From Octopus bimaculoides (lineage: Eukaryota): 64,000 nucleotides of DNA. The notes under the pieces were generated by a model. It had not been told where the DNA came from. It saw only the letters and a list, made by a program, of their open reading frames with translations, and made no database searches. Position 1 is the stretch's first letter, and each line of letters begins with the position of its first letter. The stretch covers positions 5,596,298-5,660,297 of the forward strand of contig NC_068995.1 of NCBI RefSeq assembly GCF_001194135.2. Reading direction: 5' to 3'. Of this stretch, positions 52,102-64,000 are shown piece by piece. The translations under genes were made by a program, and so were the position numbers.

Positions 52102-52519
52102 GTCTATGTATATATGCGTTTGTGTGTGTAACATGCCAGTGTTTCTCTTCTACTTTCATTAGTATTCGTAGCGGTTATTTCATTCAGTGATGGCGATATT
52201 AAAACTTCTTAACGCTGCAACACGTCATGACATGTATTTTATCTTCGAAATTACGTTTCGCCAAGGCAGAATTGGCGGAAACATATAGAATATTTAATTA
52301 AACTGTCTTTCTTGTGTGGAATTGAGGTAATGCTTTAAACACTTCGGATGACTTTAGCAAGAAATGCTGACGTGATGAGGAAATCGAACAAACAGATTTT
52401 GGTTTCTTATTACATTGGACAAAGTAAATTGCAACACAAGAACTGCCCCCAGATAAGGATCATTCATCATTCAAGATAATCATCGTTATTCTATGTTTAT
52501 GTTGATGTTGCTGTTGTTG

Positions 52520-52660
52520 TTGTTCAACTCTAGGTCAACTTTGATCGAGGAACCCTATTATGTGATCAAAGTAGTCCAGGCATGGCCATCCCATGCGTTT
52601 TGAGACCATGTGTCTTGAAATCTTTTATCGACTAAGGAGTGATTTGGTTGCTATTTCTTA
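52520..52660. repeat. Dispersed repeat family D
   Basis: ctaggtcaactttgatcgagg...tgtgatcaaagtagtccaggcatggccatccc...gtgatttggttgctatttct. Confidence 0.6.
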
Positions 52661-52980
52661 TGAAAACCACGTATGGATCGAACCTTTCTATCACTCGTTT
52701 TCAAGTGGTTGCTGGATGACGGGAACAACCCATGAATTTACATTGTTTATTTGAACGAATCGCAAAAAGTCCTCGCTTACAGAAAAAAACATCCAGACCG
52801 GATTCCAAAAGTGGCAGGAAAGCTGACATCAGTGTATTGCTGCGCAAGGTGACTATTTCGAAGGAGATGATGTTAAAACTTAAGTAAATAAGTCATTCTT
52901 TTTATTAAACATAAATAATCTGGGAACCTTTTCATACCACTTCATGTGGCCGCTGGCAAATGACTGAAATATGTAAAAGC

Positions 52981-53024
<44 letters not shown>

Positions 53025-56019
53025 CTCAAACACACATACGCAAATACATACATACAATCACTTTCGATTAGTTTTCACAACAATCTACTCACCATGATGC
53101 TACAAACTATATTTCTTTACTCAACTAAGTAAAAAACTTCGTACTACAAGTCAAGATATATTTTTGAACATAACCATTCAAAATTGACATTTATTGGACT
53201 CATAATCTATCTACCAACAACCTATCTATCTACCTAACTGCATATTTATCTATTCCCAACCGCCCTCTCTTTTTCTCTTCGTTTATATAACGTAATGCAT
53301 GCCTGCTGACAAGTGCATACATACATACATACATACATACATACATGCATATAGATATGCGTACGCACACACATGTATTTATTGCTGATAAGCATGCTTT
53401 AGCGCGTTTGAAATTGTTTCTTCAATATATTTCCTATATTCGTGTTCCATTGTAGAAAACAATGGAATCACCTTGATCGCCTTTTCAAGAACTAAACAGA
53501 TAACTCCATCCATGGCATGGCAGCGTGATCAAACGAAGGTTACAACGTAGAAGCAACGAGATGTTTGCAAACACGAATAGAAGGCATGGTTTTATAGGCA
53601 GATTAACAAGCCTTGTAATTAAGATGTAATCCGGTGATGTATTGATAAATGTTTAGGATTATTAACAATAACATTCTCAATATCGGCTGGACACCACGGC
53701 TTACATAGTCATATTTCATATACAAATAGAGGCAATTGCCAAATATCGTTGCTGTTGTTGTTTGTCTCAGCGCTTCTCGAAAAGGTTCGTAGTCAAAGGT
53801 AGTCTTAAGTTAACAAATTTCAATTTGTACTTTATTTAAAGACAGTCGGGTGTGATTTGAAGGAGATTTCACTATCAGGTCAGGCGATCACATCTAGGCT
53901 CTCTCGTTGGCACGTGTGGCTGTTATTTGGACCTACTACATCTCACCAGTTCCAGCCGTGACCATTTCATATATTATTCAAGTATAATGTATATTTTGTA
54001 TTTCGTGCTTTAATAACCATTGTGTCCGCCATTTTTTTCACACTGGTAAATTTCGAGGGACTTTTGGATGCTTTTTCTAACAAATACCCCAATCGAGTAA
54101 AGCTTCACTTCTTGGCTTGCAGTAATTTCATTAGTTTTGGGTACACACATTCAAAATATATGTCCGTGCGTTTGAGTGTATATACATGTATGCATCTATG
54201 TATATATCCTAGGTACAACAAACTGCGTCCGTGGTGTGGCTTCAGTTCGGGTGTTCTAGAACTGTAGGCTCGTTGTCACCCATTAACTACCATTACTACC
54301 ATCTCCATTCTGACCCAAAACGGCAATACATATAAGGATCCTACCTAAAGTTTAAATAAATTTCCCAGCAGTAGACGAGGCTCCCATTATTTTTAACAAA
54401 GCCATGAGAAAGGCAAATCTTCTAGGAGGAAAATATCCTGACATAAAACTTGCAGTTAAAACAGTACCATCGATCTGTATGTACGAGCTTTTGTCTCTTA
54501 AATCCAATGATGCACTGATGTCTCCGTACCAGTCCATTTCTTGAGCCGTTTTGTCCTTTATGAAGTCCTATGGCGATGGATGGTGTGGAACGGCAATGAT
54601 ACTGGTCCTAAGCTTAAAACTGGTATAATCCACCACTCTATGACAAGAAAATTAGCACGTATTTCAATCTCTTGCATGAACTTTCACTCCAACTAAAGAA
54701 ATACAACGAACAATTTAAGAACAATAACACTAAGGCGAACCATTTATGAGTCAACAGCATTGAATTCTACGTCCCATATCACAAGTAAAAATATGCACAT
54801 TAGAAAACCATCACACAATCGGTTAACTTAATTCCAGGAATCTCACAACTTCCTCCCTTATAGGATCGTGTGCATCCAAACGTGCGATATACGTAGCTTG
54901 TAAACACCACCGAGGTGACATGAAAGGAACTCACCGCGAACACATTCGAAAATTAATATTAAGCCTTATCACCATCAAATCATCCCCTCAAACCAGTGTA
55001 TTTTTATGTTCTGAAAGATAATTATGAACAAATTTCTGTTTAGTTCACATTGCATAATTAAAATGTCATAAAGTAGAATAGGCCAATGGCAGCAATTTCG
55101 GTAAATACATCAACGATGATGCACTGAATGTAGTCGGTGAAATATTCTTAATTGTTTGAAATTTCTCGAATAAGGAGAAAGTAAACAAAAACCTAGCGGC
55201 AACTGTAAATGTTGCCAAAAACGGTGGAGGGGGGGATAATTTCAAATAATTAGGAATTAATGCATCTTTTATAAGCCCTCATTATAGTAGTGACTACTCC
55301 TATTTCCGCAACCTCATCATCATCCATTTTCTGCTTTCTTCCTCTTTCTGAATTTCTCTCTCTCTCTTTCTCTTCTAATTTTCTTCTTCTCCCCATTCCT
55401 CTGCCTTTTCCTCATTACCTCTTTCCAACGCCACCTCATTATTTATCTCAAGCGGAAATAATTCTCTAAATGTTCAGACAAGACTGACAAAATAATTGTT
55501 CGCCACCACTAACTATGTTGTGTTCGGTATGTTTACTGTATATATACACGTGTGTGTGTGTATGTGTATGTGTGTGTCTGTGTAAGTATATATATGCATG
55601 CATGTGTATGTTTACATTTATATATACACATGTATATATACATATACAAATATGCGGATGTTTGCATATGTGTGTGTGTGTGTTTGAACATATTTATGTC
55701 TTGTGTATTTATTTATTTGTTCATTTATTTATTAGAAAGCCTCATCTCATTATTGATCTCATTCGAAATTCTTTCTAATGTTGATCGAAAATGATCGATT
55801 GAATAGTCTGAAATCAATTGTACTAAGCATTCTAACCATACAAATTGATTTTAACGCCATAATGTCACAATAGTTGAAATCTGTGAACTTCAAGCAATCA
55901 AGATAAAAATGGTTTTTGCTTCCATACTGTAAACCATTACATTATAGTTTTGTTTTCGTTGGTTACCCTGAAATTAGACAAAGAAAATATTTGTATTGTT
56001 GTTTGTCCATTCGAAATAC

Positions 56020-56987
56020 GGTAGAATGGTAGAATCGTTAGCGCGGGCGGACAAAAATACCTTACTCCATTTACATTCTAACTTCAAATGGCACTGAGGT
56101 CGTCATTGGTCTTTCAGCTTTTAAGGAGGTCGATAAAATCGTTAGTACCAGTCAAGTACTGAGGAGATTTAAAGTACCATTTTCTTTCCCCCAATTATGT
56201 GGTGTTAACTTCTCACAGAAACTATTATTATTGCCCGTTCGAAATAAGAGAATCGGTAAAGGTACCGAGAAAAATCTTTTGACAAAATCTCCATTTTTGC
56301 TTTTATCATCCCAGTGCCGATAAAATAAATACCAATCAAATACCGCAGGTCGATTTAATCGATTATACTCCATCTTGCACTAAATTTTGTGTCTAATTCA
56401 GAAGTCATCCTTATTCCTTTGTTGAGACAGACTATGGAATCACAGAAACGTTAAGGAAATAGTTGAAGGAAAACACTACTTCGATATATGCCTTAACCAT
56501 CTAACGTCGGTCGAGGAATATTAGTTTCTTATTTCTATTGAAGACCGATTCCATCAATATTGGATATGGTAATAAATGAGAACCAAGCTTTGAAACATTT
56601 TCTCTCTGAATAGAATTAGAGAAATGGGGTACAAAAAAAACCCAACTGAATGATAAATGACTATGGGGGTTTCTTAATTTAGTATAAAACTGCTAAACCG
56701 ATGTAGGTGGCGGTAAAACCAAGCTGAACGTCAATATGACATGTTTAGAAAGGCGGCGAGCTGGCAGAGTCGTTAGCACACCGGGCGAAATGCTTAACGG
56801 TATTTCGTCTGTCTTTACGTTCTGAGTTCAAATTCCGCCGAGGTCATCTTTGCCTTACATCTTTTCACGGTCTATAAATTAAGTACCAGTTGCGTACTGG
56901 GGTTGATCTAATCGACTGGCCCCCCTCTGGTAAAATTTCGGTCCTTGTGCCTAGAGTAGAAAAGAATGACGTTAAATTTGTCTATAT

Positions 56988-57025
<38 letters not shown>

Positions 57026-57840
57026 ATATCGCATGAATTTGAACCCAAATTATTATCATTAGTCGTCTATCTTTACGTTCCGAATTCTAATTCTGCCGAA
57101 GTCAACTTTGCTTTTTGATCCTTCGGGGTTGATGAAATAAGTACCTATTACGTACGGGGTCTGATAGAATCGACTAGCCCGTCCCCCAAAATTTCAAGCC
57201 TTGTCCCTGTAGTAGAAACGATTATTATTATTATCATCATCTTTCAGTTCCGTTTCCATTTCATGCCGAGTGCCTAGGACAGAGAAACTTACTGTATTCA
57301 TTGGTAGGCCACTAAAATAAATACACCAGATTGTTACTCTTCTTGTTCTTGTTCTTCCTATTATTATTTCCATTCTCATTATCAAAGATGGCTCATTACG
57401 TTCTTGCCGAGATCAACTTTGCTTTTCATACTTTCGGGGTCGATCAAATGCAATTCCAGTCAAGTACTGGTTAGAGTAATTGACTTGCCCTAAAATTGCT
57501 AGACCTATCATTAAGATCTCTTGTACCTTCTATCTTATGACATTTTTCAAAGGAACGTGAGAAATATGCTTTTATTGGTACAATCACGATATGAAGTTTG
57601 TAGTGATGGTCATCCATCGTCTTTTACCAAACAACAGCATCAACTAAGCTTAAGTTAAACTTCATAAGAAAGTCAACTCCCTTAAGTCAGAGCGCTTTTT
57701 AAAACTGCCCTACTTCGACGATACGGCAACTGCAGCTATCTATAAGGCGGCGACACCGGGCGAAATGCTTAGCGGTATTTCTGAGTTCGAATTCCGCCGA
57801 GGTCTACTTCGCCTATTATCCTTTCGGGGTCGATAAATTA
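56020..57840 (+). mobile_element. Cluster of six co-oriented family A SINEs
   Basis: Copies at about 56020-56230, 56290-56420, 56750-56965 (best: ggcggcgagctggcagagtcgttagc...), 57050-57240, 57395-57505 and 57745-57840. Confidence 0.8.
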
Positions 57841-57844
57841 CTTG

Positions 57845-58190
57845 ATTTCGCTGTGTGTGCCTCATTCCCGCGGTTATATTACACTCAGGCAACCTGATGT
57901 CGGGAAAGTTGAAGTCACCCATCAGAAATATAGTAGTACGTTAATCCAATTCTGTTACCTTTATCGAACTGAGGTTTTCCTCAAATTTTCCATCAAGATT
58001 TCAAGAATCAGGTGGGCGATTAGATGTACTATGAGTGTGTTACACATCGAGTTCGTGCTCGATAACAGGGATAATGATGCGAATTCTTCGCGGTTGAACA
58101 TTTCAACTCCACTGATTTATAATAGATTAGACCTAAGCGTATCATGTATGGGTAGCTTCACCCGAACATTTAAGTATTTTCGAAACTAAC
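57845..58190 (-). pseudogene. CR1/L2-group LINE apurinic-endonuclease domain relic
   Basis: Minus strand: SGVEMFNREE..LLSSTNSMCNTLIVH / NRPPDS / ..TTIFLMGDFNFPDI. These match the LINE endonuclease motifs GGVA.Y, YRPP and MGDFN.P. Truncated next to a SINE at 57840. Confidence 0.8.
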
Positions 58191-59149
58191 AATTATAGTT
58201 ACCACACTTGAACTTTGATGGTGGAAATTTTATTTTGCTGTCGTATCCGTCATAAACGTACCCTCTAGAATTAAATATTAAATAAAATCATGGGATATCA
58301 TGTTATATGGTGAATTATATTGCATTACATATCTTATATGCTACGTGTTGTGGTGTGTGGTGTGCTATATGTAATATTGTCCCATGATAACCCCTGCCTA
58401 GTTAGTTTGATTTCATCCTATTTTGGTGATTACACTATTTTCCTTTCTATGACCTTCTACCCTACTGATCATATTATGTATACTTGTAGTGACTTTATGT
58501 AAGTCTCCATTTGATTAAACCATATATCTCCTAGACACTATAAAATCATAATACAATAACACCTGTAATATTACAACTTATAAAATCACTCTGGTGTGAA
58601 TACCTTTAACTACCATCACTACATCCATACCTATTACCCCCTCTTTTCGGGTTACTCTTATCTCTTCCCTGCCTCTAATTTTAATGCCATGTCTCTTTAT
58701 ATGTAGGTTATATGTATTTCTGATTATTTTCTAAAAATTCTTATCATTTTATTTTCTTATTTTGATATCCATACTTATCAACCTCTTATCTCTTATAAAT
58801 TGTTATTTTTCTTGTTCTGAAATTGGTATTTTTCAGTTAGTTAAGTCTATGCGAGATGAATGGATATTAAACTGATTCTATGTAATCTTCATGTTTAATG
58901 TTTATAATTGATATATACACACTTTTTACCTCTTTTGGTTATGATATCATTTTTTTAGTTCTTAGATTCTATTTTTATACAACATAACAATATTGTTTAT
59001 AAACATTCCCCCATACTGTCCCTAATAAAGTTTCCTATGTATTAAGATCTTAGATTTCTTAGTGTCTGGTATTTAACATCATGATTTAAAACCTACCCCT
59101 ACCCTACCTCTTTTTATAGATAGTTACTTATATCCAACTGACTATTCCT

Positions 59150-59396
59150 AATGTAATATATTCTAATTAATGTGTTATACTGTACTGTATTTTTATTTAT
59201 TAATTTTTAAGCACGAAAATACTTATTTTACAAGAAACATTATTAAAATCTAGAAAATTCTAAATACCAATCGGCCGCAGAAAACCGTGATATACTGAGA
59301 AGTTCGTGATATAAATTTACATATATTAGCCAAAAAAAATCCGCGATGTATTGCGGGCGCGATAGGTAAGCCGCGACATGGCGAGTGTTTGCTGTA
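59150..59396 (-). mobile_element. One end of a pogo/Tigger-like element related to 41285-41505
   Basis: Minus strand tacagcaaacactcgccatgtcgcggcttacctatcgcg parallels tacactaacccatcgccaatatcgcggttcacctatcgcg, and both later show aaaat..acagt.c.gta. The other TIR was not found. Confidence 0.55.
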
Positions 59397-60639
59397 CTCC
59401 CTCTGAAACTTCCCGACGTCGTAATTATGTATTATCTATAAACAAAAATGAATTTCCTCACACAGCACCATTTAATATTACGCCATACATTACAACCTCG
59501 TAATCCCGTCATATTTTGTACGCCATACATCATGCACCACAATCCATCACTATTCGTCAGATATCACTATATTACATCATGATATACAGTCATACACCAT
59601 CATACAGCATCGTACATGATGCACCGTCATGCAACCGCATCACTATACAACATTGTCCGTACCTCACTTTACAAACCTATAAACCATAAAACCATTAAGC
59701 GCAGAATTATCTTAGTACATCTGGCCTAACCCACAACTTCTTGCTTGGCTTTCTTTACCTCAGTCCCACCATTACTGGCCTCACTTACCATATATTCAAT
59801 AACACTGGCCAGAGCTTCTCTGCTCTGTTTCCCTTAGTTCCATCAACACCAGCCTTACTCTCACCTTCTCCGTTATTTTTACCGTAGAGCGACCACTATG
59901 AACTTTATCCTCAGCCTCTTCCCTGTCTTTACCATATAGTTCCACAAGTATTGATCACACCCACAACATCTCCGCTCTCGTTATCTGTCTCAACACTATT
60001 ACCCACAGCTTCTTCGATGTCTTTACCTTACACCCACCGACACTGATCTTACCCACGCCTCTGCCTTTTACCTTAGACCCACCGACATTAACTATTTTAA
60101 TGGAAAGATCTTTTTTAGTTATTTATTATATTCTAGTAAACTTTATATGATTGTATTTTATGTTATATTTTATATTTGATAGATGAGGAAACAAAATATT
60201 TTAAGTGCTTTTTATGAATTACAAATTCGGTAGATGTAGTGAAACATTCTAGTAGACATAAGTGGTTGAATAAAAACAAATTATCGATGTTTTAATAGAT
60301 ATTGACCAACTATATATGTTTGTATATATAATTGTTTATCTATCTATCTATCTATCTATCTATATATATATATATATATATATCGTAAAAACAAATCAAG
60401 AGACTTGATAACGGAAATAAATGTTAGGACATCAGGCAGAGATTGATTGGTGATGGAAAAACATACGAAAACAAATATATTATACAACAATCGATAGAGA
60501 AATTTCGATCTATAAATGCACTAAATATTAATTAATCACTAGGCAATATTAATTGAATCTGTCAGCTTCATTAATTTCTAAAGAAAGGTAAATAATATGT
60601 TTTGTGTTTGTGCGTATAAAAGTCACAGCTTGCTGAGTT

Positions 60640-60830
60640 GTTGTTGTTGTTTAGACTTAAGTCAGCCCTGAATGAAATGCAGTGAATAAAAAATCCAGCC
60701 GTGAAAATCTTTTCGTTTTTCTTTTTTTTTTTTTTTTGCATAAGGAATATATTATCCAATGTGTAATTCTTTTATTCAATATCGTAGTATCATCTTAGAA
60801 GGTGATTTGGTTTGCTATTTCTTGCAGATT
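60640..60830. repeat. Dispersed repeat family D
   Basis: ttagacttaagtcagccctgaatga...atccagccgtga...ggtgatttggtttgctatttcttgcag. Confidence 0.5.
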
Positions 60831-61312
60831 TTGTTATTTCCGCTAGAAGTTCTCTAAATGTTCGTTCGAGAGAATCAGTCACAGGTTCGTAACGCCAGGT
60901 TGTAATTCAGGACGTAAACTGGTTTAAATATTCTCAAAAGTTAAATTCACATAATGATACTGGTGAGGTTTAAGGGGTTAGATCTGGCATGAAAAAATAA
61001 GACATCGAAAATAGAAGAAAAAGAAAAATTACTGTCCCAGGAATATGCTTTCGGTACTGTGTACTGAGAATAGTTCAATTATTCTTTATCAGATCAGGTC
61101 ACTTAGCTGTGTGAACTTATACTTAAGGCCTTTATTCTAAGTAAAAGTAGAGAAAAAGGGTGACGATTAAATATTGAGAAGAGAGCGACTTTTATTTTGA
61201 AATCAGAGATACGTGGGATCTAAACATTTTTCTTTTCTCGGCCCGCTTTTCAATTATGCATTGTATTATTGTATATAACAATTTCTCCCAGGATGTGTAT
61301 ATGTGTACTTAA

Positions 61313-61343
<31 letters not shown>

Positions 61344-61428
61344 TTATCTATCTATATATTAACACGCACACATACGAGAGAGAGAATACGTGCATATAAT
61401 ATATACATACAAACACACAGACAAATCA

Positions 61429-61460
<32 letters not shown>

Positions 61461-61464
61461 CTTT

Positions 61465-63178
61465 CTTGGAAAAGGATGCGGGGTGTTCAATCATATAATA
61501 ATATAAATAATATATAAATATATGCATATATCCATACATATATGTACATACCTACATCTATATGTATACATACATGCATATATGGGTACAGGACATAAAA
61601 AAATGTTAAACACAATGAGAAATGAAAACATAAAAAAGACAACAGAAAACGAACTTTTTTCGAACTACAAAAAAAAAAAAAAAGAACACAGAAACGAGAC
61701 ATGCAACATAAAGAGTATGCTCCTACGTCAGTTGTCCCTGTTTCATCTACTCTGCGTTTCGAAGGTAAGGACAATACGCGACTTCGTTGGAACAGTCCTT
61801 CCCGCAAAGCAAATTAAATAATATTTGGAATTTTTTGCAGAGGGTGAAAGTGTTAACAAGAACAGGACAGTGAGAACAAGACAGTAAAAACGAACGGTGA
61901 GGGCTGTTAAGCGAAGACGATAGAAAAATTATTATGAACGCTAGGTGGACGTGCATGAGAGAAGAGACAGAGAAAACACGTCTTTTCTTTAGGAAGGCAG
62001 TGATAGAAAGAGAGATCCTCTTTCGTCACGTGTCAGCGACGAGAGGGTCAAGGAGGAAGAGTGAGAGAGAGAGAGAGGGAAAGGTGAAAGGGACAGAAGG
62101 AGAGGGAAAGGATGGGAGAGAAAAACAGAAAGGATGAAGAACAAGAGAGGGAGAGAGATAGACAGAGAAGACATAGTAGAAGAGTGCGCATTGTAATTAT
62201 TAAGATAAAATTTACTTGGAAAAGGATGCGTGGCGTTCGATCATATAATAATATAAAAAATATATAAATGTATGCATATATCCATACATACAGATGTAGA
62301 TACAAACATCTATATGTATGCATACATGCATATATTAGTATAGGACCTCAAAAAAAAAAAAACCTTAAACACAACGAGAAACGAAAACATGAAAATGAAA
62401 ACAGAAAACGAACATTTTTCGAACAAAGAAAAAAACAGAGAAACGTTTGATCGAACGCGACGCATGCTTTTTCAAGTAAGTTTTATCTTAATAATTACAA
62501 TGCACACTCTTCTACTATCTCTTCTCTACCTATCTCTCTCCCTCTCTTGTTCTTCATCCTTCCTGTTTTTCTCTCCTACCCTTTCCCTTTTCTTCTCTCC
62601 CTTTCACTGTTACCCTCTCTCTCTCTCACTCCTCCTCCTTGACCCTCTCTCGCTGACACGTGACGAAAGAGGATCTCTCTTTCTGTCCACTGCCTTCCTA
62701 TAGAAAAGACGTGTTTTTTCTGTCTCTTCTCTCATTCACGTCTACCTAGCGTTCATAATAATTTTTCTATCGTCTTCGCTTAACAGCCCTCACCGTTTGT
62801 TTTTACTGTCTTGTTCTCACTGTCCTGTTCTTGTTAACACTTTCACCCTCTGCAAAAAATTCCAAATATTATTTAATGTGCTTTGCGGAAAGGATTGTTC
62901 CAACGAAGTCGCGTATTGTCCTTGCCTTCGTAACGCGGAGTAGATGGAACAGGGACAACTGACGAAGGGATATACTCTTTATGTTGCATGTCTCGTTTCT
63001 TTGTTTTTTTCGTAGTTCGAAAAAAGTTCGATTTCTGTTTTCGTTTTTATGTTTTTACATCTCATTGTGTTTAACGTTTTTTGATGTCCTGTACCCATAT
63101 ATGCATGTATGTATACATATAGATGTAGGTATGTACATATATGCATGGATATATGCATGGATATATGCATATATATAT
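61465..63178. repeat. Local duplication-inversion: 750-bp unit, partial direct copy, then an inverted copy
   Basis: 61465-61696 repeats directly at 62215-62445. About 61515-62243 is inverted at 62448-63178, where it runs into a gap. Roughly 90-99% identity depending on segment, judged by eye. Confidence 0.92.
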
Positions 63179-63444
63179 NNNNNNNNNNNNNNNNNNNNNN
63201 NNNNNNNNNNNNNNNNNNNNNNNNNNNNNNNNNNNNNNNNNNNNNNNNNNNNNNNNNNNNNNNNNNNNNNNNNNNNNNNNNNNNNNNNNNNNNNNNNNNN
63301 NNNNNNNNNNNNNNNNNNNNNNNNNNNNNNNNNNNNNNNNNNNNNNNNNNNNNNNNNNNNNNNNNNNNNNNNNNNNNNNNNNNNNNNNNNNNNNNNNNNN
63401 NNNNNNNNNNNNNNNNNNNNNNNNNNNNNNNNNNNNNNNNNNNN

Positions 63445-63483
<39 letters not shown>

Positions 63484-64000
63484 AAATGTATATATGTGTT
63501 TCTGTGTGTAAATATATATATGTATATATATATTTACACGCGCACATATGAGAGAGAGAGAATGCGTGCGTATAAAATATACATACAAACACACACAATG
63601 TGCATATATATGTATATAGAAACCGAGAAAGGTAATGTTGAGTTTGTGTGCGTATATATATATATATATATGATTCCGTGTAGGCATAGCCATACCAATA
63701 ACAATTTGTTAGAACTCGACATACTTATACTTTATAGAAGACCATCAGATCAGTACAGAGCGTAATATCAATTAATGATTGACGAGATACAAACACGTCC
63801 TTAAGTAATGAAAAGCAATAATTTGAAGAAACGGCAGGAAGAAGATCAAGGGGAGGAACAAAATCATCATCAGCGGCAATGATAGTAGCAACACTAGGTA
63901 GTAGTAGCATTAACAGCAGTAGCAACTAATTATACTCACTTGAATTATAAATGGTAACTTTAATTCAGCCAGAATGATTCATTGTTTTATAAAGCTGACA

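Noticed and set aside
58330-59050. Strand-biased AT-rich stretch with a VIMGQ peptide on the minus strand
   Set aside because: Possibly an older retroelement relic, but one partial motif is not enough to classify it.
62948-62995. CTGACGA motif in the inverted arm
   Set aside because: No downstream GAAA on the same strand, and the motif is not conserved in the other arm.

Overview
AT-rich, microsatellite-saturated eukaryotic DNA with 16 N-gaps (about 4.2 kb in total). It looks like an octopus (coleoid cephalopod) draft assembly; this is an inference from the SINE families and repeat landscape. No host protein-coding gene can be called with confidence: nearly all supplied ORFs are translations of (TA)n/(CA)n/(AAT)n tracts or N-gaps. 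The window is intronic or intergenic and dominated by mobile DNA. There are three groups of tRNA-headed SINEs (my labels A, B, C) and one unclassified dispersed repeat (D). There is a 5'-truncated Tc1/mariner transposase pseudogene with DD36E spacing and one intact TIR (44.2-45.2 kb), a hAT-type MITE nested in a SINE, and pogo/Tigger-like MITEs. Decayed RTE, CR1/L2 and Penelope-like retroelement relics are also present. The most notable observations are: (1) a ~300-bp palindromic element at 47.5-47.8 kb whose two arms each encode a minimal type-I hammerhead-ribozyme-like fold with a swapped G3-C8 core, both copies damaged at G12; (2) a head-to-tail array of at least 6 divergent SINE copies separated by (AAT)n at 22.8-24.5 kb; (3) a ~730-bp inverted duplication with a direct-repeat spacer at 61.5-63.2 kb. 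Three weak minus-strand exon candidates are flagged but not called. Boundaries of decayed elements are approximate and were read by eye.
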